Program-made: the position numbers and the translations under genes
Notes under the pieces: model-generated
The model's input: the letters and a program-made list of their open reading frames with translations, nothing else
Told to the model about the DNA's origin: nothing
The model's database searches: none
Shown here: piece after piece, positions 36,775 to 64,000 of the stretch
Layout: every line of letters begins with the position of its first letter
How positions within the stretch are numbered: position 1 is the first letter of the stretch
Source: Phoronis australis
Lineage: Eukaryota; Animalia; Phoronida
DNA length: 64,000 nt
Direction: 5' to 3'
NCBI GenBank assembly: GCA_002633005.1
Contig: NMRA01000025.1
Span: 663,554-727,553, forward strand

Positions 36775-38019
36775 GATTCTTGTTGCTACAATAATAGCCA
36801 GTAAGAATCTATAGCCGCGGTACTATCAACGCGTGTTGAAAATATGATTCCGTATTTATTTTGGCGTCAGTGGGGAAAATATTTGAATCAGTACCATTAT
36901 TTTGGTGTAGTATGAAAAATTATCTCAAATATTATTAATAACTTATTTTATTTTCCTACAGCTTATTTCTACTTTTATAAAGGGAGACAACTCCATGTTT
37001 TCATTTGTCTGTTGTGTTTGTCTCTTGTCTGTCTGGCTTCGTGATAATGTTAAGTTTTACACCAGCACGAAAGGGTTGATTTCCATTCAGTTGTAATGTC
37101 GGTTACTTAAGTACTTTATTTTTTATTTGTTTTGAAATGAAGTTGCTTCCGAAAATAGCCATGGCCAGTGTTAAAAAAGGTAAAATAGCTTGCAGGTCAC
37201 TGTTCAGTCAGTTGTTACTGTTTTGTTAGTACTAGTAGGTCTCTGGCAGGGGGCAAACTAATGTTAAGTCAATCTTTCTTTAATCTAACACTGGCATCAC
37301 CTTTCATTAAAAATGAAATTTTATATTTAACCCATTGTTTTATCTCTTAAAGCGACTATAAACCTGTCTTCCATCATGAAAACGACTTTTGATGTAGCCG
37401 CCTAACCGAAATTCAGGTCTCAAGTTGTAGGTGGTTTCAGCTCAGGGCTTTGGAAGAACTGACCCTTTTTAATAAACCTAAACGAGTATTTTACACATTA
37501 GTAATCTAAAACTGACTACCAAATAACTTGTGATTTATTAAGTCATATAGACAGCGATCTGCCAACGGAAACAACTGCTCAACTGTTGAAGTTTTGGCGA
37601 ACACACACACTCGCGCCTCACCTTTTCCGCCATGATTCTTGTTGCTACAATAATAGCCAGTAAGAATCTATAGCCGCGGTACTATCAACGCGTGTTGAAA
37701 ATATGATTCCGTATTTATTTTGGCGTCAGTGGGGAAAATATTTGAATCAGTACCATTATTTTGGTGTAGTATGAAAAATTATCTCAAATATTATTAATAA
37801 CTTATTTTATTTTCCTACAGCTTATTTCTACTTTTATAAAGGGAGACAACTCCATGTTTTCATTTGTCTGTTGTGTTTGTCTCTTGTCTGTCTGGCTTCG
37901 TGATAATGTTAAGTTTTACACCAGCACGAAAGGGTTGATTTCCATTCAGTTGTAATGTCGGTTACTTAAGTACTTTATTTTTTATTTGTTTTGAAATGAA
38001 GTTGCTTCCGAAAATAGCC

Positions 38020-53602
<15,583 letters not shown>

Positions 53603-55738
53603 TGTTTGACCATGACACTAGATGGCAGTTGTTTGTTTGGCAAAAACCGTTGCACATTGTAATTTGGGTAAATTGTCTAAAATCGGGAAGCATGGAATTG
53701 ACTAATTGAACTCTGGGTATTTTGTTTAGATGTTTTATGACAAGTTTGGCAAAGTTTTGGGTAGCTGAACTGGATGGGTATGTTGTTTAAATTGTGTTAT
53801 AGGGCAATTCTTCTTGTTGACTAGAGTAAGCATGATTCTCCCCTTTAGTAATTTGAGGTATATAGAGATGTAGGGTATCTTTTGAGCAGGGTCCATTTTT
53901 GGCCAAATAGCCTTAAATTAGGGTACATTTTTGCCAAACAAATCAGGAACAACCCCACAATATAATTATTTTTTTGTGATTGTATTTCAAATTTTCAGGC
54001 ACATGACGCTGTCCTGTTCAAAATTGGATTGTGTATATCTCTGCATGCCTGCATTTACCCTGTCTAAAATGCAATAAAATTTCACTCCTAACAGTTACCA
54101 GGGCTATAGTGACAGGTAGACTGTAGATTAAAGGCCCATTCATACCAAACTATTTCTCAGAACGTCCAAACTGGTCTTAAAATCTTTATAAAACGGACTG
54201 AGAATGTATGGAAGCTGGCAGTTTTACTCAAAACATGCCTCTAATGCAGCACCAGCGCCACCTACAGGTTTCCTACTCAGGTTGTACAATCCTTAGTTTA
54301 TTCCCATTGTCGTGGTCATAATGAAAACTGCCTTGGTGTGACTGTGTCGTTTATTCAAATCTGGAGCTAGGACTCAAGTCATGTGCTTTTACTGTTTTAC
54401 ATATACCATACAACTGTGCTGGTTTAACAAAACAGGTGGTTATTAAAAACCACTACAGCCTGTCTCAAGGTTACAGTCTTTTACGGTGGTGAGTCTTAAG
54501 TAATGCAAAAACACTAAATTGGCTGGGCAATACTGTCGCCGTGACAATGGTGCTGCACTTTGATGTTCATTGCATTGTGCCTTAGGTGAATTATCGTATT
54601 ATCTAGTGCTGAGCTGTGAATTAAATGCATCGTTTTATGTGTACTAATTTCACATTCGTATACTTCGTAAAGTGTGCATTATTTGCGTCATTTTATGTGT
54701 ACTAATAGTAGGAATCTTTGTTCTGTACAAATTATTTAATGTTATTGTTTCTATGCCAAAACATAAACTAGTGCTTTTATTTGATACAAGGGTCACCATT
54801 TCATTTGTTTTCTGTTAAATGAACGTGAGTCATATGCTTCATCTAACACACAAAATTTGTAACAATTTGATTGTAGAGCTAAAAACGTGATTTATTCTTA
54901 GACTACTAGTCTCACTGTCAATTAGCATGACAAATTTTATGCCAAATATGAACACGTTTGAATTTATTTTGTTGTGTCATAAAAACCAAATTTGTCATCA
55001 TTGATTGGTTTTATTTCGCCATCTTTTATTGTGTCCTAGTGGTGCTCAATAATTTGAAATGGAGGTAGACAACGGCTGTAGTTTTTTAAAGATTTTTTTA
55101 TTTAAAACTGATAATAAAAATACCATTTTGTTTTTCAACTTGGTATTGACTTTCTTTCATCAATATGGTGGGCAAGTGAAATATCATTCTTTTACTAAAG
55201 GCAAATGGCTTATAAACCCATCTTCTGTGACAAAAATTAACTTTTTTATACCACTAACCGTTATGAAGTTGCCTCAAAATCTTGTTTTGTCATATTCTAG
55301 AGGTAATCTCTGAGCTTGTAAGGAACGGACTGGTTGTGATTGAGCAAACCAGGCTCTTTCAGTTGGCTTGTAAAGGCATGTCATTTTATGCACTGAGCAA
55401 AGTCTCAATCAATGACAGGATTAATTTTATAGCGATATGTTGTATAAATAAAGCATATTTTTATTGATAGACCACAGGTTTTTATCTACTTCTAAAGTGT
55501 TCATGCTGAGTTTCTTTAGTCTACAGAACATACCCCCTGTTCTATTCTCCAGGTAGGTTTTCGAAATTAAAAGTTTGTTCCTTTTACGGCAACACGGACT
55601 TATAGAGCTTTTGTGCACAAAATATTAAATGTTTTACTAGATTATGCAGGACTTTATCAAAAAGTCTGAGTGTACATTTAGCCAAATATTTACAAAACTA
55701 TAGAATTTAACTGAAAGTAGAAATTCCTTTGAATTTGA

Positions 55739-56794
55739 TTTTTATGCGCCCACATATTTATATGTGGACGCATTATGCCGTCATCTCTGTCCGTCCGTCC
55801 GTCCGGCGTCCGCTGCTCTATCTCCAAAACCCTTTGACATACGTTCATGAAATTTGGCACATATGTTCCATTCATGAATGGGACGGCATGTGCGAACTTT
55901 CGGACGGATCCGACTACCGATGTGCCCCCTAGTGGCAATTTTAGTTTTTTACGCTTACCTTTGTATCTTCAAAAGTACTGAACGGATTTTCATGAAATTT
56001 GGTATGTAGGCACCTATTAGTGAGATGACGCTATCCTCCTGTTTTCAGATGGATTCGACGTAGTTTGCGCCACCTAGTGGCCATTTTTACTGTTTTCGAG
56101 TCTGTATTTTTGCGTCCACCCCTCTATCAACCAAACTGCTCAAAGGATGATTGTGAAAATTGGCGTGTATGTGCTTACTATAAGGAAGACAGCTGACAAT
56201 GATTTTCAGACGATTTGGACTACTGTGGCGCCTCCTAGTGGCAGTTTTGTTTTTTTGCGCCCATGGCTGTATCTCCCAAACCGTTTGCAGGATCTTTACT
56301 AAATTTAGCAAGTGTATTTATGTGATGTTGACAACGGACGATGACGACTTTAGGATGATTCTGACTACCGGTATGCCTCTTGTGGCAATTTTAGTATTTG
56401 CCTCTAGTGGCAATTTTAGTATTTTACATTGACCTCTGTATTTTCATAGGTCTTCAGGTGTATACTTTGTGTTACTTCGTGACTGTGAAGGAAAAGTTCT
56501 AAGTAGAAATTTGTTTCTGGCATTCTAATGCTGTGCTAATCTCGTATGTTGGTAAATTTGTTTTTAATTCTATGTTTCTGTGGTGCTTTAAGCAAATGGT
56601 GTATAGGATGTGCTTGTATTATGAAGATAACTCACATTTTGCCCCTAGCCTATTGAGGAGACTATGACCATGCCTTTCCATTTTGCAAAGTATGCCCTCT
56701 ACTGGCCAATTTATGGTACCAATAAACAACCCTAGAAGGATACCGTATGCGGTGCAATTGTGGGCGCATTTCAACGCTCCGCGTTGCTCTTGTT
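55739..56794 (+). mobile_element. Full-length HINE copy with a single higher-order unit
   Basis: Same termini, hairpins and (GTCC)n as 8307-9828 but about 460 bp shorter. It appears to be nested in another dispersed repeat that ends near 57180. Confidence 0.9.
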
Positions 56795-59700
56795 GACTTT
56801 CACACCAATCTGCCACTAATTAGGTCATGTGACCTTGTTTTTTAGGAAAATTTAGCTAGGTACATTCTTAGCAAAACAACATCATCAATAACGTGGACAC
56901 GTTTTGTATGATATAGATGCTCAAGGTAAAATCTTTAAATTTGTTGCTGTTTTCAAAATTATTTTGTTTTCGTTTCTGTGAAAAATTGTAAAAATCATAT
57001 GTCCTATGTTGGTAGCTCTTCATTCAAAACTGGAAAAGTTTAAAAACAATTCCTAAAACATTTTGGGGAATAGTGTATAAAGCATAGTATCTGAAAGTTT
57101 CATGAAAATCTGAATTGCCATAAAATGTGTCAAAGTCAGGCCAAGTTTCACACTTTGTCTAGGTCCAGCATGACTTTAAATTTTATATCATAGCTGCAAT
57201 TACGCAATTTTTCGAGTAATTGTGGGTGCTCGCAACCATGTTGGGAACTTTTTTGATTTCCAAAATTATTGTAATTTTGGAAGTGCACATTGTGGAATTT
57301 TATAGAATTTTATTTAAAGGCAAATTGAGCATTATATTTACTTAAAAGCTTTAGTGAATATCTCTACATGTTACCTGAGGCAAACCAAACAACACCAAAT
57401 ATTTGAAACATTTCCCAGCTTTCATGTAACACCAAACTTCTTTCAATCTGACACCGAAGTTTGTGTAATTTTTTATTAGTCACTATACACTTTCGTTTCA
57501 TGTTACAGAAATACCACAAAATGGCCGTGGTGGAAACACGTCGTTGTTGGACACACTTTTATAACCGAATTTTGACAATTAATATATTGAAATCGTTGAT
57601 AAGAATATTGGTATTTTATCACAAACATTTTTAAGTCTGGTCATATTACATATGTATATAAAAATATTTTAGCATTTCATAGTATTAGTGTGCTCCATCC
57701 AAATTATTGAGCATATTCCTGACATTCTTGCTGCAGGCATACATGCTTAATAATTATATCCAAAAGTTTATCTAAACTTTTTGATCTTCATTATCTTGCC
57801 AAGCAAGAGGGTAAACTGCTTTTATGGTTCAATAGACAAAGCTATACAGGAAATTAAAGTATCAGCGTATTATTGTGTAAAATGAATAAGATGTGACTGT
57901 TTTGTTAATTTTGAATGGCACCACTGAGATTTGGCCATAAAATTGACATTTCTGAACTAATTCAGGCTTGTATTTGCATTTGCACTAAAAAGTAGATAGC
58001 ATTACACTTAGTTACTTGTTTTTTCTCAATTCACGACTTCAAAAAAAACAGGCCTAATCTGTTCTAAATAATACAGTTTATAACAGTACTATGTGGTGTT
58101 TTATCATGTATCAACCCTCTATGATGTTTGCTGGTACAAAGAAAATTTTGTTTACCATGTTTGACAACAGGTGTCTCTGGCATCTGTTGAAGGTCATGAA
58201 ATCAAGACTTACACAGACCATTTCGAAAAAAATGACTTACGAAGTTGGTTAAGTAAATGATCTAAGCAATCACACAATATGACAACCAGAATTTAAAAAT
58301 TCTATGGATTATTAAGTAATGTAGTACAATATAATTCTTATAATTTTTAATGTAATCAAGAAAGCCTGATATTATTTACTTTGAAAAAAGTAATTGTACC
58401 ACTATCTTATCAGGTATTAACAGCAAATTTTGTTAAGAAATTGGTCTCATTTTATTGTGTAGTCAAAACGCATGTGATCTTTTGGTCTTGTAAAGAACTA
58501 AGAGTATATTATTCCTAGAGACCAGCCTCTGGATATTGACATGTCACGTCTTGTCATTTTATTTACTGTGCCTGGTCTTGGTGGATAATGAGCTGCCAAT
58601 TCTTTACAAGATCAAAGTTCACTTTTCATTTGAGTTAGGAATAAGTTGAGACAAATTTTATTGCCGCGAATTGTCTAAATCAAAAGTTAGTTTCTTCAAC
58701 TGAAGGTCAATTTTAACTATTAAAATAGTCTCGCTGCTCACAGCCGTTATGGATAATTTGATTGTGTGTCAGAAGCCCTTATATTTTTAATGCTGTGTAT
58801 ATACACATATTCATTCTCAGCCAAGTATTTTGTGCTGACATTATTCATGCCAATCACATTCACAAAACATCACAAAGCCATACAGAGGTACTTGTCAAAA
58901 GTCTGACAGTGTTATTATCACCTTGTCAATCACATAAATCCCGTGCCCAATGAAACGGGAGATATTTTGTCACGTGACATACACTTATTTTGTTAATTGG
59001 CAGCTGCCCTTTCACAAGGGTCAATTTCCTGCAGCGAATAAAAGCATGTCAAAGTTGACACTTCCAAAATAGTTCTAAATTGAAACTTCAATTTCTGATT
59101 TCAAGTTTGATTGCGAATTCTTCTGTTCACACACACACAGTCACAATATTTATATTTCTATTAGTCTGAACACTATGAGATCCCCCAGTACGTATTTTGT
59201 GTGCGTATAATAACTTGTTTGTGTTGGAACTCGGCAAGCCATGAGGGACTAATCACTGCGGAGGAATAAAAGGTCGCATACTAAAGTAGTACTTACGAGC
59301 AGTTGCTTGATTACTGAATGTGTGTATAATATTCGTGAGACTGGGATGGAATATTTCATGGATCTTTACTCACGTTATCCGCGTTGATGTCTGAAGAGGA
59401 CAAACCATGGCCTAGTAGCCCTCCCTTTGATCCTTAGAATGAGGGGGATCTTACTTATACTCATTCTTTGTTGTTCAATCGGCCACAGTACGGGTGAGTA
59501 AAATTGCTTTGAAGTCTCAAGGCTCTGATTTGAGAATGCGGCGTGAGCATGGAAAGTGTCCCGGAATCTCGTTTACTGCGGGATGACAATTCTGACACCC
59601 ATTTGATCTTTCTTTTAATGTTATGTTCATAAGGGCTGCATGCTTGTTGAGTATTTTCCTGCAATTAGCACTGTCTCGCGTAAAAGGTCGCGGGACGTTT

Positions 59701-61722
59701 CTGATTGAGACAATCGTCGGCCATGTTGTTTTTTGGGGTCCGTTTTGGTTGTCATTTGGAGGACTTTGGTTTGTTCTTTTTGCTGCCGTTTATTTTGAAT
59801 CCCTCGTGTTTATTTCATGGTACCAACAGTGCTGTAGGTCTCTCTTTGATTTTGTCGTTTTTATATGCATGCGATTTCCGAAAAATAGAAAAAGAATATC
59901 TCCCAGTATCACGTGATATCTGTCATTGTTGACATAGTACGCATTCGGCCTACCGTTGTTTGTCACATCTTCCCAGAAACGATTACATTTTCTGTGATGC
60001 TGATGATGTACCAAGACTTGAATAAGGAGGCTATTGTTACATTTCTCTTTGGATTTGTAATTTATGTATTTCTCGGGTAATAACTGGGAATCACCAGTTA
60101 GATGGCTAACAGATGTCCTCAGTGAGTGTGAATTGAGTCACTAGGCCGCTTGTAGTGTAAAGCTTTGTGTGAGACATTATTTTTTGGATCTTGGTGTCTT
60201 CAAATCCATCGGGGAAATTCTCATGTATGAATCGCAATTTATGGTAATAATCGGAAACATGGGTCGCTGTTTGAGAACCAGTTACTTCCACTGAATAACG
60301 TCTGTTATTCAGTGGGAGTAACTGGCTTCAGGGATCCAAATACCCTGTTTACTCCACTCTTTTCTTTATAAAAATTACCGTTACTTTTTGCATGCTCACA
60401 AAGTGTGCAAGGTGTTGTCCTGCCACTTGCTAGCCTACGTGGAGGGGTCATAGGTCTTGGCAAGCCAAATTTGTTAATCACTGATGCCATTAACAAACTT
60501 CAACATGAATTTTAAAAAAAATGTCGCTGTTTGGAAATAGCAGCACCTGATTTAGAGAACCAGGCAGTCACTGATATTGGACCCAGTATTGGATGAAACT
60601 GGTTCTCTAAATCACGGACTGCTATATCCTTGGTATCTGTTGTGTAATTCTTAATATTTTCCAAGCATTCCTTTACTACCAAATGTTCCATTTTTCTATT
60701 AGCATTTTTAAACATCCTGCATGTTAATTCCATATCCGAACTGATTGCTGAGCAATAGTTGGATACAACATGCCCACATTTTGAGAACCAGTTTGATGCA
60801 CATTATTCAGTGGAGAAAACTGGTTCTCAAAATGCAGGCACTTTATACGTGACTATTACCCATTCTTGTTTGTCGAAACCCCTGACTACTGTCACATCAG
60901 GTGTCTTTGCTTATTAGATGTTATCTCTTTTCAAAAATGTTTTGACGATCACTTCAGACACGACATGTGTGCCATCTCCATATCAATCACTCGGGTTAAT
61001 CTGGCTGACAATGCAAAATGTTTGCATTATGAGATAACTACATATTATCGACTGATAAAATACCCCCCCCCCTTTAATTAGAGATGTCCTGGTTATCGTG
61101 AGCTTATAGCTGTGGGAGACAGCTAGCCAAATTTTTTTCAACTAGAATCTTCAGCCTTGCTCTTGATGCCTAACGGACCAGGGCAGTGCTTGTGAATATT
61201 TCTTGACGTATTTATGTTTTGAATGCTCTCAACTTCTCGTTAGCTTAGTTTTAAAAGCTGCGTGGTTGTCATTAGACAATAGTTTTGCTGTATTTTGGCT
61301 TGCTGTCTACCGTAATTTTGCAATTTTCATCTATCAGCGCTCTATGCTCAGATTAAGGCAAGTTTCAAAAATCTCGAAATATCAGGTCTAAATATCAGGT
61401 CGTTGAAAGTGATAAGTCGTACGGTGCCCCGTTCTCAGAATCTTACGTTTACCTCTCCCAAATTCTCCCTGTAATTCATTTTCTAATTTGATTCTTACCG
61501 CTATTGAATGAACATAAAACGCAGACGATCACATACACTGGTAATGCGTACTCCATCAATCGCGCTATTTTTCCCAAATGATTCGGGCTTGTGTCTGTTT
61601 ACTTCCTGTATAAACGTGTGTTTGATGTGTGGTGACTGTTGTGGTAGCGAATGCACTTATTTCACGAAATAAATGTCACAATTGTGAATCAAAGGTAATG
61701 ATTATAGGAAAACTGTTGGTAA

Positions 61723-62372
61723 TTATGTGCCCACATATTTATATGTGGTCGCATATCGCCGTCATCTCTGTCTGGGCGTCCGGCATCTGCGGCTGTACTA
61801 GTATCTCCTAAACCCCTTGAAGGATCGTATTGAAATTTGGCAGGTGTGTTCCTATTGGTCTAAGACAGAGGGCAACGAGTTTTGGACCGACCCGAATACT
61901 GCTGTGCCCCCTAGTGGCAATTTTACTTTTTCACATTTGCCTCTGTATCTTCAAAGGTCTTGAACCGATTTTCATGAAATTTGGTACATAGGCATCTATT
62001 AATAAGTTGACACTATCTTTCCGTTTTCGGATTGCTTCAATTGATTTTGTGCCATCTAGTGACCATTTTTACTATTTTTGAGTCATTTTTTGGCGTCTGC
62101 CCCTCTAACAACCAAACCACTCTAAGGATGATTGTGAAAATTGGCATGCATGGTCTTACTATGAAAAATACAGTTGACGATGATTTTCGGATGACTTCGA
62201 CTACTGTGGCGCCTCCTAGTGACAGTTTTGTTTGTTTTTTTGGTTTTCAGACGGATTCAATGTATTTTGTGCCATCTAGTGGCCACTTCAATGACACAAA
62301 TAAACAACCCTAAAAGCACACCATTTGCGATGCATTCGTGGGCGCATTTCAATGCTCCGCGTTGCTCTTGTT
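61723..62372 (+). mobile_element. Shorter HINE subfamily copy
   Basis: TTATGTGCCCACATATTTATATGTGGTCGCA ... GTGGGCGCATTTCAATGCTCCGCGTTGCTCTTGTT, with four subunit motifs. Confidence 0.85.
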
Positions 62373-63741
62373 TAAAGTTTGGAAGCCAACATGAGCTTTA
62401 AAATGAATTTAGGGGGAATTATTGTCCGACTTTGATGCCCACTGTGGCCACTTGAGATTTTTCTCAGGTCGTCAAACACAATCTGAGATAGCATTGGCGA
62501 CTACAGGGTTGCCAAATCGAGCGCTGGCTGTATTGCACTCTGTTACGTAGTTCTTGAAACATGGATATCAAGACCGTTGTGGTCATGTCCCTGTGGTGTA
62601 ACAAATCTTGACAGAAATGTAAAAACCTCGCTATCATAAGAGAAAAGATGCGACATTACAATTAGCTGGTGCCTCAAGCCAGTACACCTTCAAATTGCAA
62701 GCCTAATCCATTACCCTCTAAATATAAACTAACCATATGTTTGATATCAATGCTACTTATTTGAGGAATTATTTCTAATGGAGGTGATATTGCTGTGTAT
62801 TAAATGCTAGTTCATCCTTGTAATTACGTAACTTTGGTGATGTCAGACTGGATTATGTGTTAAAAGCTTACGTTCTCAGTTACCGCCTTCAGAAGCGTAG
62901 TGAATAGAAGTTCCTGCTCATTGAAATGATGTTGGTTTGAAATGGCTCATATTACGAAGTAGATGTTATAATTTTGTAGTTTTAATGAAAATAAAGGGCT
63001 CACAAACAAAATTTTGGTCTACTGGTTGCATGCTTTAGAAATTTGATGTTGCTGAAGCCACGTTTAAGAGATACTGATAACTTTACCCCATGCTGTCCCA
63101 GCTGCTGGTTCACAAGACCAACATCATTCTCACCATGCTTTGTATTTTGAAAGTATAACTCTCACTAAATTTGTCATAATTTGCACTGTTGTAGGTATCC
63201 TTTGAAAAATCGAAGAGGGGTGACGATTATGATTATTTTTTGTGTTAAAAATAACTGAAGACTTACGGTGTTTCAAAGCAGTCTCTGAAGTGTAAGCTCT
63301 ATCTCAACATGACTTACACACAATCCTCATGTCTGTTACAGTTTCATTTGTATTCTGATTGCCCTTGACTCCTGTGTAAGTGTTTCAATTGTACTTTTAG
63401 TTCTCATTGGCTTCAGAAAGGTGATCACACCATTAGCTCTATTCACCCTACCCATGTGTTCCCTCCAGCAACAACCTTGCCTGGTATTGACCAGTGTCCA
63501 CTGTAATGGCCTGGCTAGACCAGGATTGTATATTGACCCAGACTCTACCCCATTGTCAGCCTGTCACTTGCTGTTGTGGGTAGGCTAATCAAGGGCAACA
63601 TTTCTGCACCACCTGGCCAAACAACAATGGCCGCTGTGTCGCGCCAGAGCGGACCTGACGCCATGACGCTAACCTGAAATGGCTTGAACAAACAGCCGCA
63701 TCTGTGTATTATGAAGTCTTATTGGTGCCTAGCGAGGGATG

Positions 63742-64000
63742 TTTCAATAGGCCTTTTGCGAGTTTATAACAATAACGCGAGATTATGTGAGACTTAACTG
63801 TGACGTCACGGGAAGTGGGGCAAAAGCTTGTCGTTTGGTCATTTGCCCAATACGGTAGCAGAGTGTATTCTGTTATTGTCTTCGAGTTTTTAGCCGTTTA
63901 GTTCGAAAAATGTCCAAAAGCATTGCTGTTATGGCAAATGAACTTCAGATTCGCACTACAATACGTTCTATCGCGTTCTGTACTAATTTCGTCCCGTGTA
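63742..64000 (+). mobile_element. Start of a young non-autonomous DNA element (runs off the window)
   Basis: Reverse complement of ~96-358 with few differences. Confidence 0.8.

Noticed and set aside
57180-59400. AT-rich region with weak inverted repeats (e.g. ~58430-58665)
   Set aside because: Probably old MITE debris; termini and TSDs could not be defined by eye.

Overview
Eukaryotic, AT-rich, intron-containing animal DNA. The repeat repertoire suggests a marine invertebrate, probably a mollusc or other lophotrochozoan (inference). Five spliced genes were reconstructed by hand from GT-AG boundaries and protein motifs: the 3' part of PLK1 (+), PIGV (-), TADA3 (+), an LRRC72-like gene (-) and SIRT3 (+). 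They form two head-to-head pairs (PIGV/TADA3, LRRC72/SIRT3) and two tail-to-tail junctions. Introns and intergenic DNA carry many transposon relics: six copies of a Helentron-associated (HINE/DINE-1-like) element, two Kolobok derivatives, piggyBac-, Merlin-, hAT- and Harbinger-type MITEs, tRNA-derived SINEs, an internally deleted RTE LINE and three Penelope-like (PLE) relics. Most notable: (1) nearly every ~150-bp subunit of the HINE carries a co-oriented CTCF-consensus motif, so the element may disperse insulator arrays; (2) an 859-bp near-perfect tandem duplication copies the LRRC72/SIRT3 bidirectional promoter with both start-codon exons; (3) two inverted-repeat PLE insertions with hammerhead-like motifs on both arms sit in SIRT3 introns; (4) a degenerate HDV-like ribozyme lies at the RTE 5' end. 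All coordinates were read by eye and no database searches were run.
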